Origin: Neophaeotheca triangularis
Taxonomy: Eukaryota
Length of the DNA stretch: 64,000 nucleotides
Reading direction: 5' to 3'
Assembly: GCA_054600435.1 (NCBI GenBank)
Contig: BAAIJX010000034.1
Span: 124,001 to 188,000 of the forward strand
How positions within the stretch are numbered: the first letter of the stretch is position 1; each line of letters starts with the position of its first letter. Shown in pieces: positions 46,703-59,000 of the stretch. The notes beneath the pieces were generated by a model. The model saw only the letters and a list, made by a program, of their open reading frames with translations, was not told the DNA's origin and did no database searches. The position numbers and the translations under genes are program-made.

Positions 46703-49700
46703 GACGAAGAGCTTTTTCCTAGAAAGCGGTTATTGTTAGGCGGCTTCGTCGCCAAGAGCGTGTTACAGTAGGAGAAAAAAATTGGGGAGGGGAAAAATAC
46801 AGGAGGTCGTCGGCGGCGGAACCCTAATATATACAGATGCGCGGAGTATGTGGAGGGACCGATGAGATGCGGTCCAGTGGCCCCAGCACAGCTAATAAGT
46901 TGCTTTGGACTCCTTCGGTACATCGGTAGCGCCTATTAGCATGTGAGAGTCACGAGGTTAACTGAATAGTTTGTGTCTTGTTGCGGGTTCCCTTGTCAGC
47001 AACGTCGACATGCAGACATCGGGACCGTGTTACTGTCTGGTCAGCCAATAGCATATGCATACTTTAAGCGAGAGTATGTTACCCAAGGGGCGCGAGAGGC
47101 GTTTGTTGGCTGAAGCCACCCGCAGCTCCACATCTCCAAACGCGATCCCCGCACCCCTACCCCTACTCCCCCGCCCACCTTTCCTTTGCCTCTGCATATC
47201 GGTTACCAAGGTACCTGTTTGTGCCTCTATCGAATCCTTCTGGCAACACGGAGCGGCATCGTTGATATGCGAGCAAAGGCGCCATGGTCGTAACAATAAC
47301 ATTCACGAGAATCCTTCGCAGCAAGGCACAAGGATGATTTCCCCCAGACTCCCAAAGAGGCTAGGTCTGGCTTCCGGACGGCTTGATCCCGCTTAGCCGC
47401 CGGCTCTAAATGAACGTCGGCGACGGTACTGACTTGGAATGAGCTGGAAGATGCCTACTTTGTTCTGGCAACATCAAAATTCTAGATAGGAGTAGAACTT
47501 CAGAACTGGTAGTAACTCGAGCTATTGGCTAGATACTCAAAAGCACAATCTGCCGGTTCCTGATCACGACAGGCTTTTCCACGTGCGAAGAAACATGCCG
47601 TGCTAACCGTGTCAACCTGGAGTTTGATGAAAGGATTCGGGTAAATGCCTCCCGAGCTTCGCCGTCTCTCCACGAGTCACGTTACAGCACTGTACACCAA
47701 CGACCACAGGAACAACGAGGGCAACACGGTGCTGTACCCCCAGCATCCAGCCAGCCACCTCAAGAGCTTGTCCTTGTGGGTTCCTCCTCTCCCCAGGTCG
47801 CCGCTGCCCCGGAACCCAGAGAATCAAGGAACAGTCGCGAGGCTCACGTCACACCTTGCCGCCTTCTTGCGAGGAAGAGCATGGTATCATTCGATGACTC
47901 TGCCTCGAGTCACCCGATGCGAATCGAAAAAGACGTCAGCCAATTCTTCTCACGCATCCACTCGATGAGCTGCATGATGCGTGGCGTCTACAAGCATTCC
48001 ACCCCCGCATCGATACCTCCGCTTCCCGGCACTGGGCAGTCGTTTGGCTTGAAGGATCGCAGTTAGGAATGCATGGTCAAGGTATTGAAGTCTAAGCATG
48101 ACCTCAGCGTACCGAAAGCTCGCGAGACTAGATACGAAGAAACACAAAGATACTAAGTATTGTAACGGTAGCGAGGTTGATCTTGCGAAGCAATTGCTTC
48201 GGGGATAGCAGGAGTCTGGACTCAGCGACCTCACATTGCACATGCCCCTTTTCTCCCCACAGATACCCACGTCTTGCAGCTTGTCTCGCGTGTTTTCAGA
48301 GCTTTACTCTTTTAAGGTTCATCCTCCCCGGACGACGACACCATAGCTGGGTTCAGTTTTCCGCAACGGCAGGATCTCCAAAATTCATACGTATACAAGC
48401 GCCCAAAATTTAGAAACAAAAAGCACGCGAAGAGCAAATTCTGAACAGCATTTCCCAACCCAAGCTTGCAACGATTGCCAAAGAAGCCAGTCAAGCCCGC
48501 GGAATGGCAGCCCCAGCCAAGACATTCGGTCTTGTCGCCAAGGTACATCTCCACCCTCCACGACAGACCTGACTCGGCTCTCGGCACTCTTGAGTCTTGA
48601 GGTGCTCCTTTCGGGTGCCCACATGGAGGTTGTTTTACTGATCACCACATGTCGGTTTGTCACTGTAATGCTCTGCGCTGAAGCAGCCCTTTTCTAAACC
48701 ACAGGCAGCTGAGATCGACAACATCGACACTGTTGCAGCGACAGTCGCATAGATTACAGTAACCACGAGTAACACCACGTGGGCAGCTTGAAATAGGACG
48801 ACGATCAAACCGGGACCAAGGGCGTGGTGCGCGCCTAACTGTATGGCGATAACGCTCCTCAAATGCGCGAGGCTCGTAGAACGCCAAGTACCATTGACAG
48901 GCCTCGGATGCTGCTCAGAACTTCGTCAGAGAACTGTTCGCATTGTCAAGCATCTCGACAGCGCCTCGGTGCGGTCGATTAAAGTATTCGATATCATCTA
49001 TTTCTGGTTATGCCTCGAGTTCGTTCGCAGGAAAGAGCAATACCCGCTGTCCACATGGCACTGACCTACTAAAATCTGGTTCTTGCCTCTCGCTAGCCGT
49101 ATCCTAGCAACAGAGCCAACGATATAGCACCCTCTATCGTATGCTCTGCTGCCGTCTCAGCCCATCAATGACCTCCCCCTTGTCGAATAGCCCTACGAAT
49201 AGCAGGAGCTGCTTTGACTGTCATAGCTGGCAAGAACAGACAGATATAGATAGGGAGGGCCTTTTCAGTTAACTGCAAATTGAAGTGGAAGTGATAGAGA
49301 CCTGGCGGAGGGAACGTCTGACTTGACCTGAAATCTCTCCTGTCCTCGTGGTAGCAGGCGGTGTTTTGGAAGGACAGTCCTTGAACAACGAGTACGGACT
49401 AGTAAGCCTGTAACGTGATCGCTCTAAAGATGAAGAAGTCTCCCTCCTTGTAGCCTGAGGAAGCGATGAGCCGACAGGCATGTCTCTTCTGGTTTGCAGC
49501 AACTACTAGAACGATACCATAGCTGGCCAGGTGCTATTAGAGAGCAGCGCAAGATGGGACGCCTAGTTATACCTAGGTCTTGGGCGATGTTACTAGGACG
49601 TATGTTTTCGACAAGCCGAAGTTGGTGACACGGGTCAGCACATGTAGAAGATCTCGACATCCAAACACTGAGCAAGCGAGAAGTCCAACAGACCCGTCGA

Positions 49701-49931
49701 ATCGAGGTTGTCACAAACCCACATTCTGTTCGTCCCCGACCTTGAAAGTTTATCGCAACCAGTAAATGCTGGAAAAAGTCCAACACGTGACGCTGGACTT
49801 TCGTTTCGATACGAAAAAGAAGTTGCGGCTTCTTCGGCAATGCCAAGCCTTGACGCCTCGAAGATTGGACGACTCCAAGCGACACTGCGTCGACAAGGCA
49901 GTCGCCCTCCTAACAATCGATACCATATACG

Positions 49932-51820
49932 ATGCGGCGAAAACCCACGAGCGTAGTGCCGCCCGCGCACCAGCACGGCCAGGTCATCTACGCCTACTGC
50001 CACATCCGCACAAATCAGGTCATCTACTCATTAAGCCGACGACTAAATGTAAGAAACTCACCATCCCATTAACCCGCCCCCACCGCCGTCCTAACATATC
50101 TGGCCAGAACAACCGCGCCCTCCGCCAACTCCCCGACGTCGGCGCCAACAACAAACCCACCTCCCTGCGTAAAGATCTCTGGCGCCCCCTCTACACGCTC
50201 CACCTCCCCGCAACCGCCACAGGCGCCGCCCAGGGCCTGCACGCCTACAAACGCCTCCACGAGCACCGCAAAGTGCACGAAATAGCATGGAAATCTTCAC
50301 CCTTGCTTTCGCGCCCTTATAGCGATGAACACATCGAGCAGCTGAAGAAGAAACTCGAGAACCGTGGCGGTGCGAAGGAGGAGAGCGTTTTCGATATTAT
50401 CAAGCGCTTGAAGAAGAAGATGCGGGTGAAGGAGATTATGGATCAGAAGGCGCGGAGTGTGGCGGATTTGGCGACCGTGCTGGGGGAGCAGGAGGGGATG
50501 GCGGGGAGATTGGAGGAGGTTAGGGAGAGGGAGGCACGGATGGACAGGCAGCGAGTTGTCGAGGAGATGGTTAGTATGGCTAAGAGGATGGAGAAGGGGG
50601 GTGAGGCGGTTTTGGAGGGGCTGAGGCAGGGGTTAGGGGCTTTTGAGGAGAATGTCCAGGCGAAGAGGCGGGAGGGGAAGACGCCGCAGAGACAGATGGT
50701 GCATCAGGAGGAGAGGTTGGAGGGGTTGAGGAGGAAGATTGCGAGGTTGGAGTCTGCGCCGCAAGTGGTGAGGGAGGCGAGGGAGAAGGCGGATGAGGCG
50801 TGGGAGAAGGAGGTTGTGGGTTCAAGTGCTGATAGGGAGAAGCGGTATAAAGAGGTCCAAGAGGCGAGCCAGAAGAAGTTGGAGTCTATGAGATCAAAGA
50901 GGGGACCTGGGGCGAAGAATACCGAGGAAGAGATCCGCGAGGTCGAGAGGGAGGAGCAAAAGGCCAAGGACGTGACTGAGAAGTCCACACCTAAGCAGCC
51001 CAAGGACTACTTCCACAGGTTCCTTCCCGATTGGCCGGAAGCGTTGCAATACAGTGGTCCATCCATCACTCCCAAGCGCGGGTTTTGGCGCAACAAGTTC
51101 AGGAATGCGCAGAAGCAAGCCTGGGCTCTCGACGGCACCACCGTCCACTGGGCCAACACTCTTGACGCCGAATACGCCGGAGAATGGCCCGAAGCCGTCG
51201 CTCACGAAAAGCTAGTCTACTCGCGCCACACGGCACCCGTGTTCGACGAAGAGGCGCCCGAAGACACCCTGGACAAAGCGGCCCAAGATGCCGCCGAAGC
51301 CGCGATCGACGCGCAAGAAGCCGCTGAGCAAATCGACCAAGTCAACCAGCTCACGCAAGAAACCATCGACGCCAACAGCGCGCAGACCATCGCGCACTAC
51401 CAAAGCCGCCTGCAAAAACTCTCCGAGATGGAGGCGGCGGAAAACACCAAACTGCAAGCGAGCAAGCAAGGCAGTGCAGAAGCGAATGTCGCACAAGATC
51501 AGCTCAAGAAGTGGCGCGAGCAGACGGCATGGGTGCGCCACAAATTGGACGTCCACAACCAAGTGCAGAAGCAAATCAACGCGACTTGGCAGGAGTTTGT
51601 CGCGCAAGAGGTTGAGGCGTTGCCAAAGTTGGCTAATGAGTTGGAAGCAAAGGAGAAGGCCAGTTTTGGCAAGAGCTTTGCTTACAGGCAGCCTGTTGTG
51701 AGGGACGTCATTCGAAAGGGGTTGAGGAGTGGTGTTCCTCAAGATGCGGCTGACGCTGGGTCTGCCATTGCTGAGGAGGGGGAGGTGAGGAGTGCTGAGG
51801 CACCTGATGCGAGGATCTAG
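49932..51820 (+). CDS. MHR1: Mhr1 / mitoribosomal mL67 family protein, extended
   Basis: Exon 1 49932-50048 (MRRKPTSVVPPAHQHGQVIYAYCHIRTNQVIYSL), intron 50049-50107, exon 2 with LRQLP...PTSLRKDLWRPL, MDQKARSVADLA and VHWANTLDAEYAGEWPEAVAH. Confidence 0.8.
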
Positions 51821-51957
51821 ACAAGCCCGTTCAATTAAGGGTTTGGCTGGATGGTAGTGAGGCTTGTAGTCTGGACCTGGCGCTGGATAGATGTAACATT
51901 ACATTGTAACTTTTCACAGCCATCTTTCCTATTTCTCACATGACACCCGCTCAACCT

Positions 51958-52683
51958 TCATACCGCATTCCGACTCCCTGTACCCTGCTCCTTCCAAGCA
52001 CTATCAGCATCAGGATGAATCTCCGGCACCTCAATCCCCCTCCTCCCCTCCGCCTTCACCCTAAAATCAACCCCAAACCTCCCATCCCTCTCCCCCACTG
52101 TCCCCTCAAAATCCGGAAACTGGCTCTCATGAGTAAAACTCGTCATCAACCTCGGCTCCCCCAGGGGCAAAGTATCCCCCCTCTCCGTCTGCCACAAATG
52201 ATAAACCTTGCCATACAGCACCACCACCTCCTCCATCTCAGCATTTTCCGCAACCTCCCACGCCTTCTCGCCAGCAATTCCCGCAGCTTTCGCGGCTCCA
52301 GGGGTCGGCATGACTAGCATCCCGCTCTTGACCTCGAACACATGACTGTGCCACAGCCTCCTCTCTTGCGCGTCGAGACTCTCGTACAGGTGCGGTTTTA
52401 TCATGTACTCGACGCCGATCAACCGGGCGTCTGCCGCGTCCGAGTCGTATAGGATGCATTGCCGCACATCTTCGTTGAGGTGTGCGCAGTAGTGGTTTGC
52501 TTCGACCGCGACGGAGCCCGGGGCAGCTGCGGGCGTGTGGTAGGCGTTTAGGTGGGCGCAGAGGCGGGAGACGGGGGCAAAGGATTGGGAGAGGGAGGCG
52601 CCGGTTTCGAGGGTGCGGTTTTTGAGGCTTTCCGCGTGGCCGGCGACGTTGTTGTCCGTGGTGGGGGTGTTTTCTAGGGACAT
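51958..52683 (-). CDS. DUF1264 / oil-body-associated protein-like
   Basis: EANHYCAHLNEDVRQCILYDS, LIGVEYMI, LWHSHVFEVKSGMLVMP and YGKVYHLWQ motifs. Confidence 0.88.
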   Translation of the reverse strand: MSLENTPTTDNNVAGHAESLKNRTLETGASLSQSFAPVSRLCAHLNAYHTPAAAPGSVAVEANHYCAHLNEDVRQCILYDSDAADARLIGVEYMIKPHLYESLDAQERRLWHSHVFEVKSGMLVMPTPGAAKAAGIAGEKAWEVAENAEMEEVVVLYGKVYHLWQTERGDTLPLGEPRLMTSFTHESQFPDFEGTVGERDGRFGVDFRVKAEGRRGIEVPEIHPDADSAWKEQGTGSRNAV

Positions 52684-53385
52684 GGTTTGCGGTTGGGCTT
52701 ATGGGTTTTGGTGTTCTGGGGTAGTGGGGGTGAAGTTGTTGGTGGCGGTTTGTGTTGTGGCTCTTGTGGTTTTGCGGGAGTTGGATTGTGGAAGTGCATG
52801 GGGAAGTACTTGCCTCTTACTTTGGCTCATACGAGGGTTCAGGTAGGTAGGTACCTTACTGCGAGCTGTCTGTTACGTCACGGAGCATCAGCTCGGTGTC
52901 GTCGCCGGATGCTGTCAACATGATATGCGTGGACTTCACAGGTTGGTGGAAGCAATCTTTCTCATTCAGGTAAGGTAGTCTGATGACGGCTTATGATGCT
53001 ACGACATGCCTTCCGTATTAGGCATCGCCGGTGAAGTCGAAAGACAAGTCACGACGGTGATGATTGATAGTGCCGGAGGCGGCTGAAGCTGCCGAAAGTG
53101 GCTGCATGGCGCACGCGACCAATCGGCAAGGGTTTGCCCGTTTGTTCGAGAAGGCCGCGTCGAAGGTTCAAGGTTCATGTGTTTGACAACCTCAGAATAC
53201 CTTACTCTCCCGATCTTTACATTCCACATCACACATTAGGTACCTTCGCTTTTGGACACACCTCACCCGACATCTTGGATAAGATATTCTTTCTTCACGA
53301 CATATCCCTCGCTCCATCGACCCCGCCCGCTCTCACTCCCTCCACACATGCATCCTCCCCGCCGACAGCCACCCTTCGCCTCAAC

Positions 53386-54940
53386 ATGAACAACCTCTTC
53401 AACAACAAAGCTGCGTCGGCGGCAAACGCAAAGAAACCCCCCGTCCGTCGAGAAGCCGCTTCCAGACCATCCCCTTCGGTCCCAGTCAAACCACCAACAA
53501 ATCGTTTCCAACTTTCCGCAAACAAAAACAGCAGACAGTCCCTTCAACCCCCGTCCAAAGTCGCTTCCCGCGCAGTCGCTCCCAAACGAGGGGTGAAGAG
53601 GAAGAGTGCGACTCCCCAACCCGCCTTCAGTAGCGACGAGGACAGCGATGGCAGTAGTGATGCGCGAGGGACGAGTGATTCGGATGCTTCGCGGAAAAGG
53701 GTCAAGAGCAGTGTCACGTCAATCGACAGCGGCCGGCGCATAAGTTTGGTTCCCTCATCGAACGGAGAAGAGCAGGAAAAGATCCCCGATATTGTCCATG
53801 GAGCCGACTTGACTTCTGGTAAGTATCGAGTGGCGTCAATTCAGACTTGATCCCACTAACACCATTCAAGGCAACAACGCAGACAAATTTATGATCCCAT
53901 GGGATGCGGACAGTTTTGAAGAAGTCGAGCTGCAATACCCCGGCAGTCTGCAAGCGAAGGAGCGCTTCCAACTCGTCTGGCCTTGCGACGACAAACAAGA
54001 CGACTACAAGCCCTTCGAAGACATTACGGAAACAATCCGCACAATCTGCACCGAATATCTCCCCCCACACCTAGCATCCCTCCACCTCGACGAGACCACC
54101 GGCTATGCCCGCCGCTTCAATCGCGCCTGGCAACGCAACTCGGTCCCAGAATTCCTCTCCATCATCCAAGACTTCAACACAATGCTCCTTCCTCTCCTCA
54201 CCAACGGCACCCTCGCCACCCATCTCCGCGACCGCTCTTCCCTCTCCCTCGACTGGATCAAACGCATCCTCGACCAAATCTACGCCCGCACCGTCTCCCC
54301 CAAAGTCGAAACCCTCCGCGCCTACGAGAATGGCTCCGACAACGTCTACGGCGAGCTCCTTCCCCGCTTCTGCAGCGCAATCTTCGCCGAAACAAACCTC
54401 ACTCACGACCAGAAATTCATCGACCTCGGCAGCGGTGTCGGCAACGTCGTCCTCCAAGCCGCGCTCGAAACCGGCTGCGAAGCCTGGGGGATCGAAATGA
54501 TGCCCAATCCATGCGCGCTCGCTTCCCTCCAAGCCCGCGAATTTCCCCACCGCGCCGCCCTCTGGGGTCTCGACGTCGGACAGGTCCACCTCCTCCAAGG
54601 CGATTTCACATCCTCCCCCACCATCTCCCCCGTCCTCCGCACCGCCGACCTCGTCCTCGTCAACAACCAAGCTTTCACGCCGGCCCTAAACGACACGCTC
54701 CGCTACATGTTCCTCGACCTCAAAGACGGCTGCAAAATCGTCTCTCTCAAACCTTTTGTCCCCGAGGGCTGGCGCATCACCGAGCACAAGCTTAGCGATC
54801 CCGCCAACCAATTCGTGCAGGTTCGGAAGGAGTATTTTAGCGAGAGTGTTAGTTGGACTGATATGGGGGGGTTTTACTATGTTGCTACCAAGGACCCTGG
54901 GCCGTTGAGGAGGTTTATGGGGAGGAGGGGGTTGAATTAG
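53386..54940 (+). CDS. DOT1: Histone H3K79 methyltransferase Dot1
   Basis: Exon 1 53386-53818, intron 53819-53870 (GTAAGT...CTAAC...AAG), exon 2. NVYGELLP, FIDLGSGVGNVVLQAA, VLVNNQAF and SVSWT motifs. Confidence 0.93.
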
Positions 54941-56421
54941 AAGTTCCAGGCTGTTGGGGGGAGGACTAGGGCAAAGGGGGGGTTAAGGGGGAAGAGCTAG
55001 GTAGCCAAAGGGCTGACAATGGCTGGGCTAGGCTGGAAGATGAGTGGGCGAACTCAGGAAGCATTTGTGGGACCTCGCTCTTGTCGAACGAGGTTTGTTG
55101 GCGGGCTACCGCAACCGACGGATCCCACGCTTTGTCCCCTTGCACGCTTTCGACAAAGCGACATGCCGACCCATCTTCTTTTGGCTCGTGACTTGCTGCC
55201 AGGTGAGGCTTCGGCGGCAGCATGCGTTCTACCACCTTCTTAGGATACTGCCTCCCCTTGCTTCATATTTCTTTGAACTGTTTTGATCACGGTCTGCATC
55301 GATACCCCGGAGAGACTGGGGGAAATTTGGGGCGTTGGGCAATCGGAACTCGGTTGGTGCATTAGGTAGCATGGCATTGCACTGTCTTGCATTGCGTGGA
55401 CAACAGGGCATGGCATAGAGGGCAGAAGCATTACGTGTGCTAGCCCTGGCACTAGCACATTACATCCCACCGCGCGGGTCTGCAATAAAACACTACGTAT
55501 CATGACCCTTTATTCTTATCGCTTGCATTACTGTTTTGTTACCCGAATTTTTTTTTGGACCCTAGATAAAATCTACGAGAAAAAAGGGGCGAGGAGGGCA
55601 TCGACTGGGTTGTAAGTGCGAAGGGACTTGGGCAAGCGGTGTCGTGTACTAGCACCCTCTCACGGGCGCCGGGCCTGTTATTAGACGAAGATGGGCGGTT
55701 TGGGGCATTGTCGGCTTGATTTGAGGTCGAAATTAAAACTTTTAACAGCGTCTGCGCCTGACGGGACTGCCGGTACGACGAAGACGATGATCGGTGGAAA
55801 AGCCTTTGTGAGCGAGGCAGATGAGGAGTGAGGGTTTGGGATACCCACGGATCGAGAGTACGATCTTGGCTACCTACTGTAGGTACGCAGTATCCGTTTC
55901 AATTTCATAGTCGCGTGGTTTGGCAGGGGTAAAGTGGTGTCATTTTGGATTGAATTTTTTTTTTAAAAAAGGCAGGCTTAAAGGAAACGTTTCTGCGTAT
56001 TTGACAGCTTGAGATTCCTTACGACGTGTCGTGCTCTGTTTGCTGGTAGATGGCGTGGGTGCTTCGTCACTCCTTTTCTCTTTGGTGCTACGTGTATGCT
56101 TGCGAAGATCGCGAACATCCCGCCGATACTACCCTCTCTTCGTTCAAGCTGAAGGATGGGGCGGTGGCGAATCTCTTGATCATGTAAAGGGAGCCTCTAG
56201 AGCGTGGAATTCGGTAGCACGCTGGCTGCTTTGGATCGCCCGCAAACTTCCTCCCTATTCCTTATTCTTCATACATCCTCGCCCGTGCTCGCAGGCAAAC
56301 TTTCACTCCTTCGTCCCAAATCTAAAGCGCCACATCCACCGCATAAAACCCCTCAAAACGCCCCCCCTTCCTTGTATTAAACCTCCCGGCCCTGCCCCCA
56401 CACACGGAATCACGCCCATTC

Positions 56422-58245
56422 TCAAACCCCCTCATTCGCAATCCGATGCACGACGGGCACCGAACTCGGCGGCAAACTGCCATACTCACAGATAACCATT
56501 CTCACAGCCTCAGCAGGCGTAACATCATACATCAAATTCAACAACTGCAGATTCGGCACCCCTTGCCAATCCGCCAGCGTCTTCTCCTTCTTAGCTTCGT
56601 CGTCCTCGCTCCCACCGCCGCCCACAGCAGCAGTCGCATTCGCCTTGGTGCTCGCAGCGGGAGAAGCAGTAGCCGGCAAGAGCAGCTCATCCGCGGGCGC
56701 AACTTCGTTAAGCACGACGGAGTCGAGAGCGACTTTGCCGCTGAACTTGACGCTCTCGCAGCAGACGATGACGGGGACGTCGGCGATGCTGGCGGCGGTC
56801 GCGAGACTGGCGGTTCCCACGCGGCTTTGCAGGCGGCCGTTGGAGAGCATACTGTGAGCGCCGAGAAGCACGAGACTGGCGTCCTTGACGGCGTGTGCGA
56901 TGCCGCTGAAGGGGAGGTAGGTGACTTCTAAACCGGCGCGCATGAGAGTTGTGGCGAGGTTTTTGCCTTCGAAGAGCGGGCGCGAGTCGACGATGGTGAC
57001 GCGGAAGGGGGTTCCGAGGGTTTGATGAGCGTGGAGAATGGTCTTTTCCACGAGCGAGGATTTGGCGAAAGTAAGGACGGTGGCGTTGGGTTTGATTTGT
57101 TTGGCGGCCGACGCCGCGATGACAGTGTCGGAGACGGTGATGCGCTCGCGGATGAAGGTGTCGATGGCGGTTGTGAGCTCGGTTTTGGCTTCGCTCTCTG
57201 GTGTTGAGGGGTCGATGGATATGATGAGTTTTTTTAGCCAGCGGATTGCGTTGCCTTGAGATTCGGAGATGGGGCGGCAGGATTTGAGGAAGTCGATTTG
57301 GGGGGAGAGGTAGTGGGAGGTCATGTGTCGGGCTAAACTTGTACCGCTTGGGGTGCTGTAGCTGGAGATGGCGTCTTTGAAGGCGAGAAGCATGGCTACA
57401 CAACGGGCGCTACTTCCGCAAATCTCGTAGCTGGCGATTTGGAATCCCAGGGCGAGTACCGAAGGGTGGACATCCTTATGGGCGCCCTCCAGGGTTGTGC
57501 GTCTAGGATTTGAGTAGAGGTGGCTGAAGAGCTCGACTTGTTTGTTCTCGGGCTTCTTTTGAGCTACCTCGGATTGAGAGGGTCTTCGTTTGAAGCTAGG
57601 GGTCGGTGGCGCGGCTTGCGAGCCTGTTCGCTTGTGCTGGGGTTGGTGTTCGCCCTGCTTTTGAAGAGGCGCAGGTGTCTGTTGGCCTTTTGTATGCTGC
57701 TGCTGTTGATTGCTCTTGGATTTTGCGTCGCCTGCAGTCTTTTGTTGCTTGGGCGCTCCTTGTGCCGATGCGCCGTTTGTTGCTGCCTCTTCAGCACCGC
57801 CGGTACCTCGCTGCTCTTTCTCTGCTGCTCTCCTGGCTTGTTTCTCCGCTTTCGCGCGCTTCTTCAGCTCTGCAGGTGACAGTTTGGCATCCTCACCCTG
57901 GAGCTGCTCGCCTTTGCCCGCATTTTGCGCCGGCTTTGCGTCTGGCGCTTTACTCGTCGATTGGTCGCCCTTTGCTGCCTGTTGCGCGGACTTTGTGTCT
58001 GCTGCCTGCCCTTGAAGCTGCTTTACCTCCTCACCGCTCTGCTTTTGTTGCGCCTGCTGCGACACTTCTTTTGTGACAGGCGCCGAATCTGAAGGCGCCG
58101 CCTTCTGCTTCACATCTGCTCCGGTTGGTTTCCAGCCACTTCCCGGTGCCGCATTCTGCCTTGAATCTAATCCAGGTAAATCCGAATCCCTATTGCCTTG
58201 CGGTATCTGACAGAGCGCGCCGACTTGATTGTGGTGGCTTTGCAT
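56422..58245 (-). CDS. GCD2: Translation initiation factor eIF2B delta subunit
   Basis: LFSHL, VHPSVLALG, CRPIS, VDSRPLFEG, LLGAHSMLSNG, VCCESVKF, NLMYDVTP and LPPSSVPV motifs. The start (first ATG, 58245) is uncertain. Confidence 0.9.
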   Translation of the reverse strand: MQSHHNQVGALCQIPQGNRDSDLPGLDSRQNAAPGSGWKPTGADVKQKAAPSDSAPVTKEVSQQAQQKQSGEEVKQLQGQAADTKSAQQAAKGDQSTSKAPDAKPAQNAGKGEQLQGEDAKLSPAELKKRAKAEKQARRAAEKEQRGTGGAEEAATNGASAQGAPKQQKTAGDAKSKSNQQQQHTKGQQTPAPLQKQGEHQPQHKRTGSQAAPPTPSFKRRPSQSEVAQKKPENKQVELFSHLYSNPRRTTLEGAHKDVHPSVLALGFQIASYEICGSSARCVAMLLAFKDAISSYSTPSGTSLARHMTSHYLSPQIDFLKSCRPISESQGNAIRWLKKLIISIDPSTPESEAKTELTTAIDTFIRERITVSDTVIAASAAKQIKPNATVLTFAKSSLVEKTILHAHQTLGTPFRVTIVDSRPLFEGKNLATTLMRAGLEVTYLPFSGIAHAVKDASLVLLGAHSMLSNGRLQSRVGTASLATAASIADVPVIVCCESVKFSGKVALDSVVLNEVAPADELLLPATASPAASTKANATAAVGGGGSEDDEAKKEKTLADWQGVPNLQLLNLMYDVTPAEAVRMVICEYGSLPPSSVPVVHRIANEGV

Positions 58246-59000
58246 CTTAGACACTGTCCTCGAATTCGCCGTGTCCGTCACCGGGGAAGAGTCTTTGTTT
58301 TGTCTTATCGTCGTTTGTTCGTACGCAGCGGTTTTGTTCTTCTCCCAAACGACGTCATCTTTAAAAGGCGGCCATGATGAAAGGCTGAGTAGTGTCTAGT
58401 AGTATGGAATTTGGTGAAGCTCGCGGTCGATTCAATCGATCCTTCAGGGTTCAGACAATGCGCAAGGGTCTCCGGACCTGATGACAAAGTTCAGTTGGGT
58501 CTGAGGATGGCAGTTCAATCGGTGGTATTATCGTTTGACGTTGCGCAAGGGACGTGATGTTACCCAAGTCTCGAGTCTGTGCGAGGCGAAAGGGAGAGGG
58601 AGAGGGGAATTGAATTGGAGTTGGAATTGATGGAGACTCGGCATCAAAACGCAAAAGTCGAGCTTGAGTCATGCTTCGCTTGCCCTTCCTTGCCTGCTGA
58701 AGCTTTCACAAACGCCGCCACCGCCGACTACATTTGATTAAGACTCGACTCAACTTCATTGACCTCACTTGAACACGGTCAAATGCTTTCAATTAGTTTT
58801 GATTGTGATATTAGGTAGATACAAACCGTTGGGAGAATACAGAAGCAATTCCGGAGAGCTCTACAAGGTATGCAAGCTGTTTATACACACAATGGTAAGT
58901 CTGAGCCTCACACCACAAGGTAGGTTTCGCCTCTCCATTCCAGTCGCAGAAGTCTTCTCTTTTGCCATCGTTCCGTTCACCTGCCTTTTCATCGCCCAAT

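Noticed and set aside
49766..50107. N-terminus of the 684-aa ORF in the track
   Set aside because: The Mhr1 N-terminal motif is in another frame (ATG 49932) and joins through intron 50049-50107.
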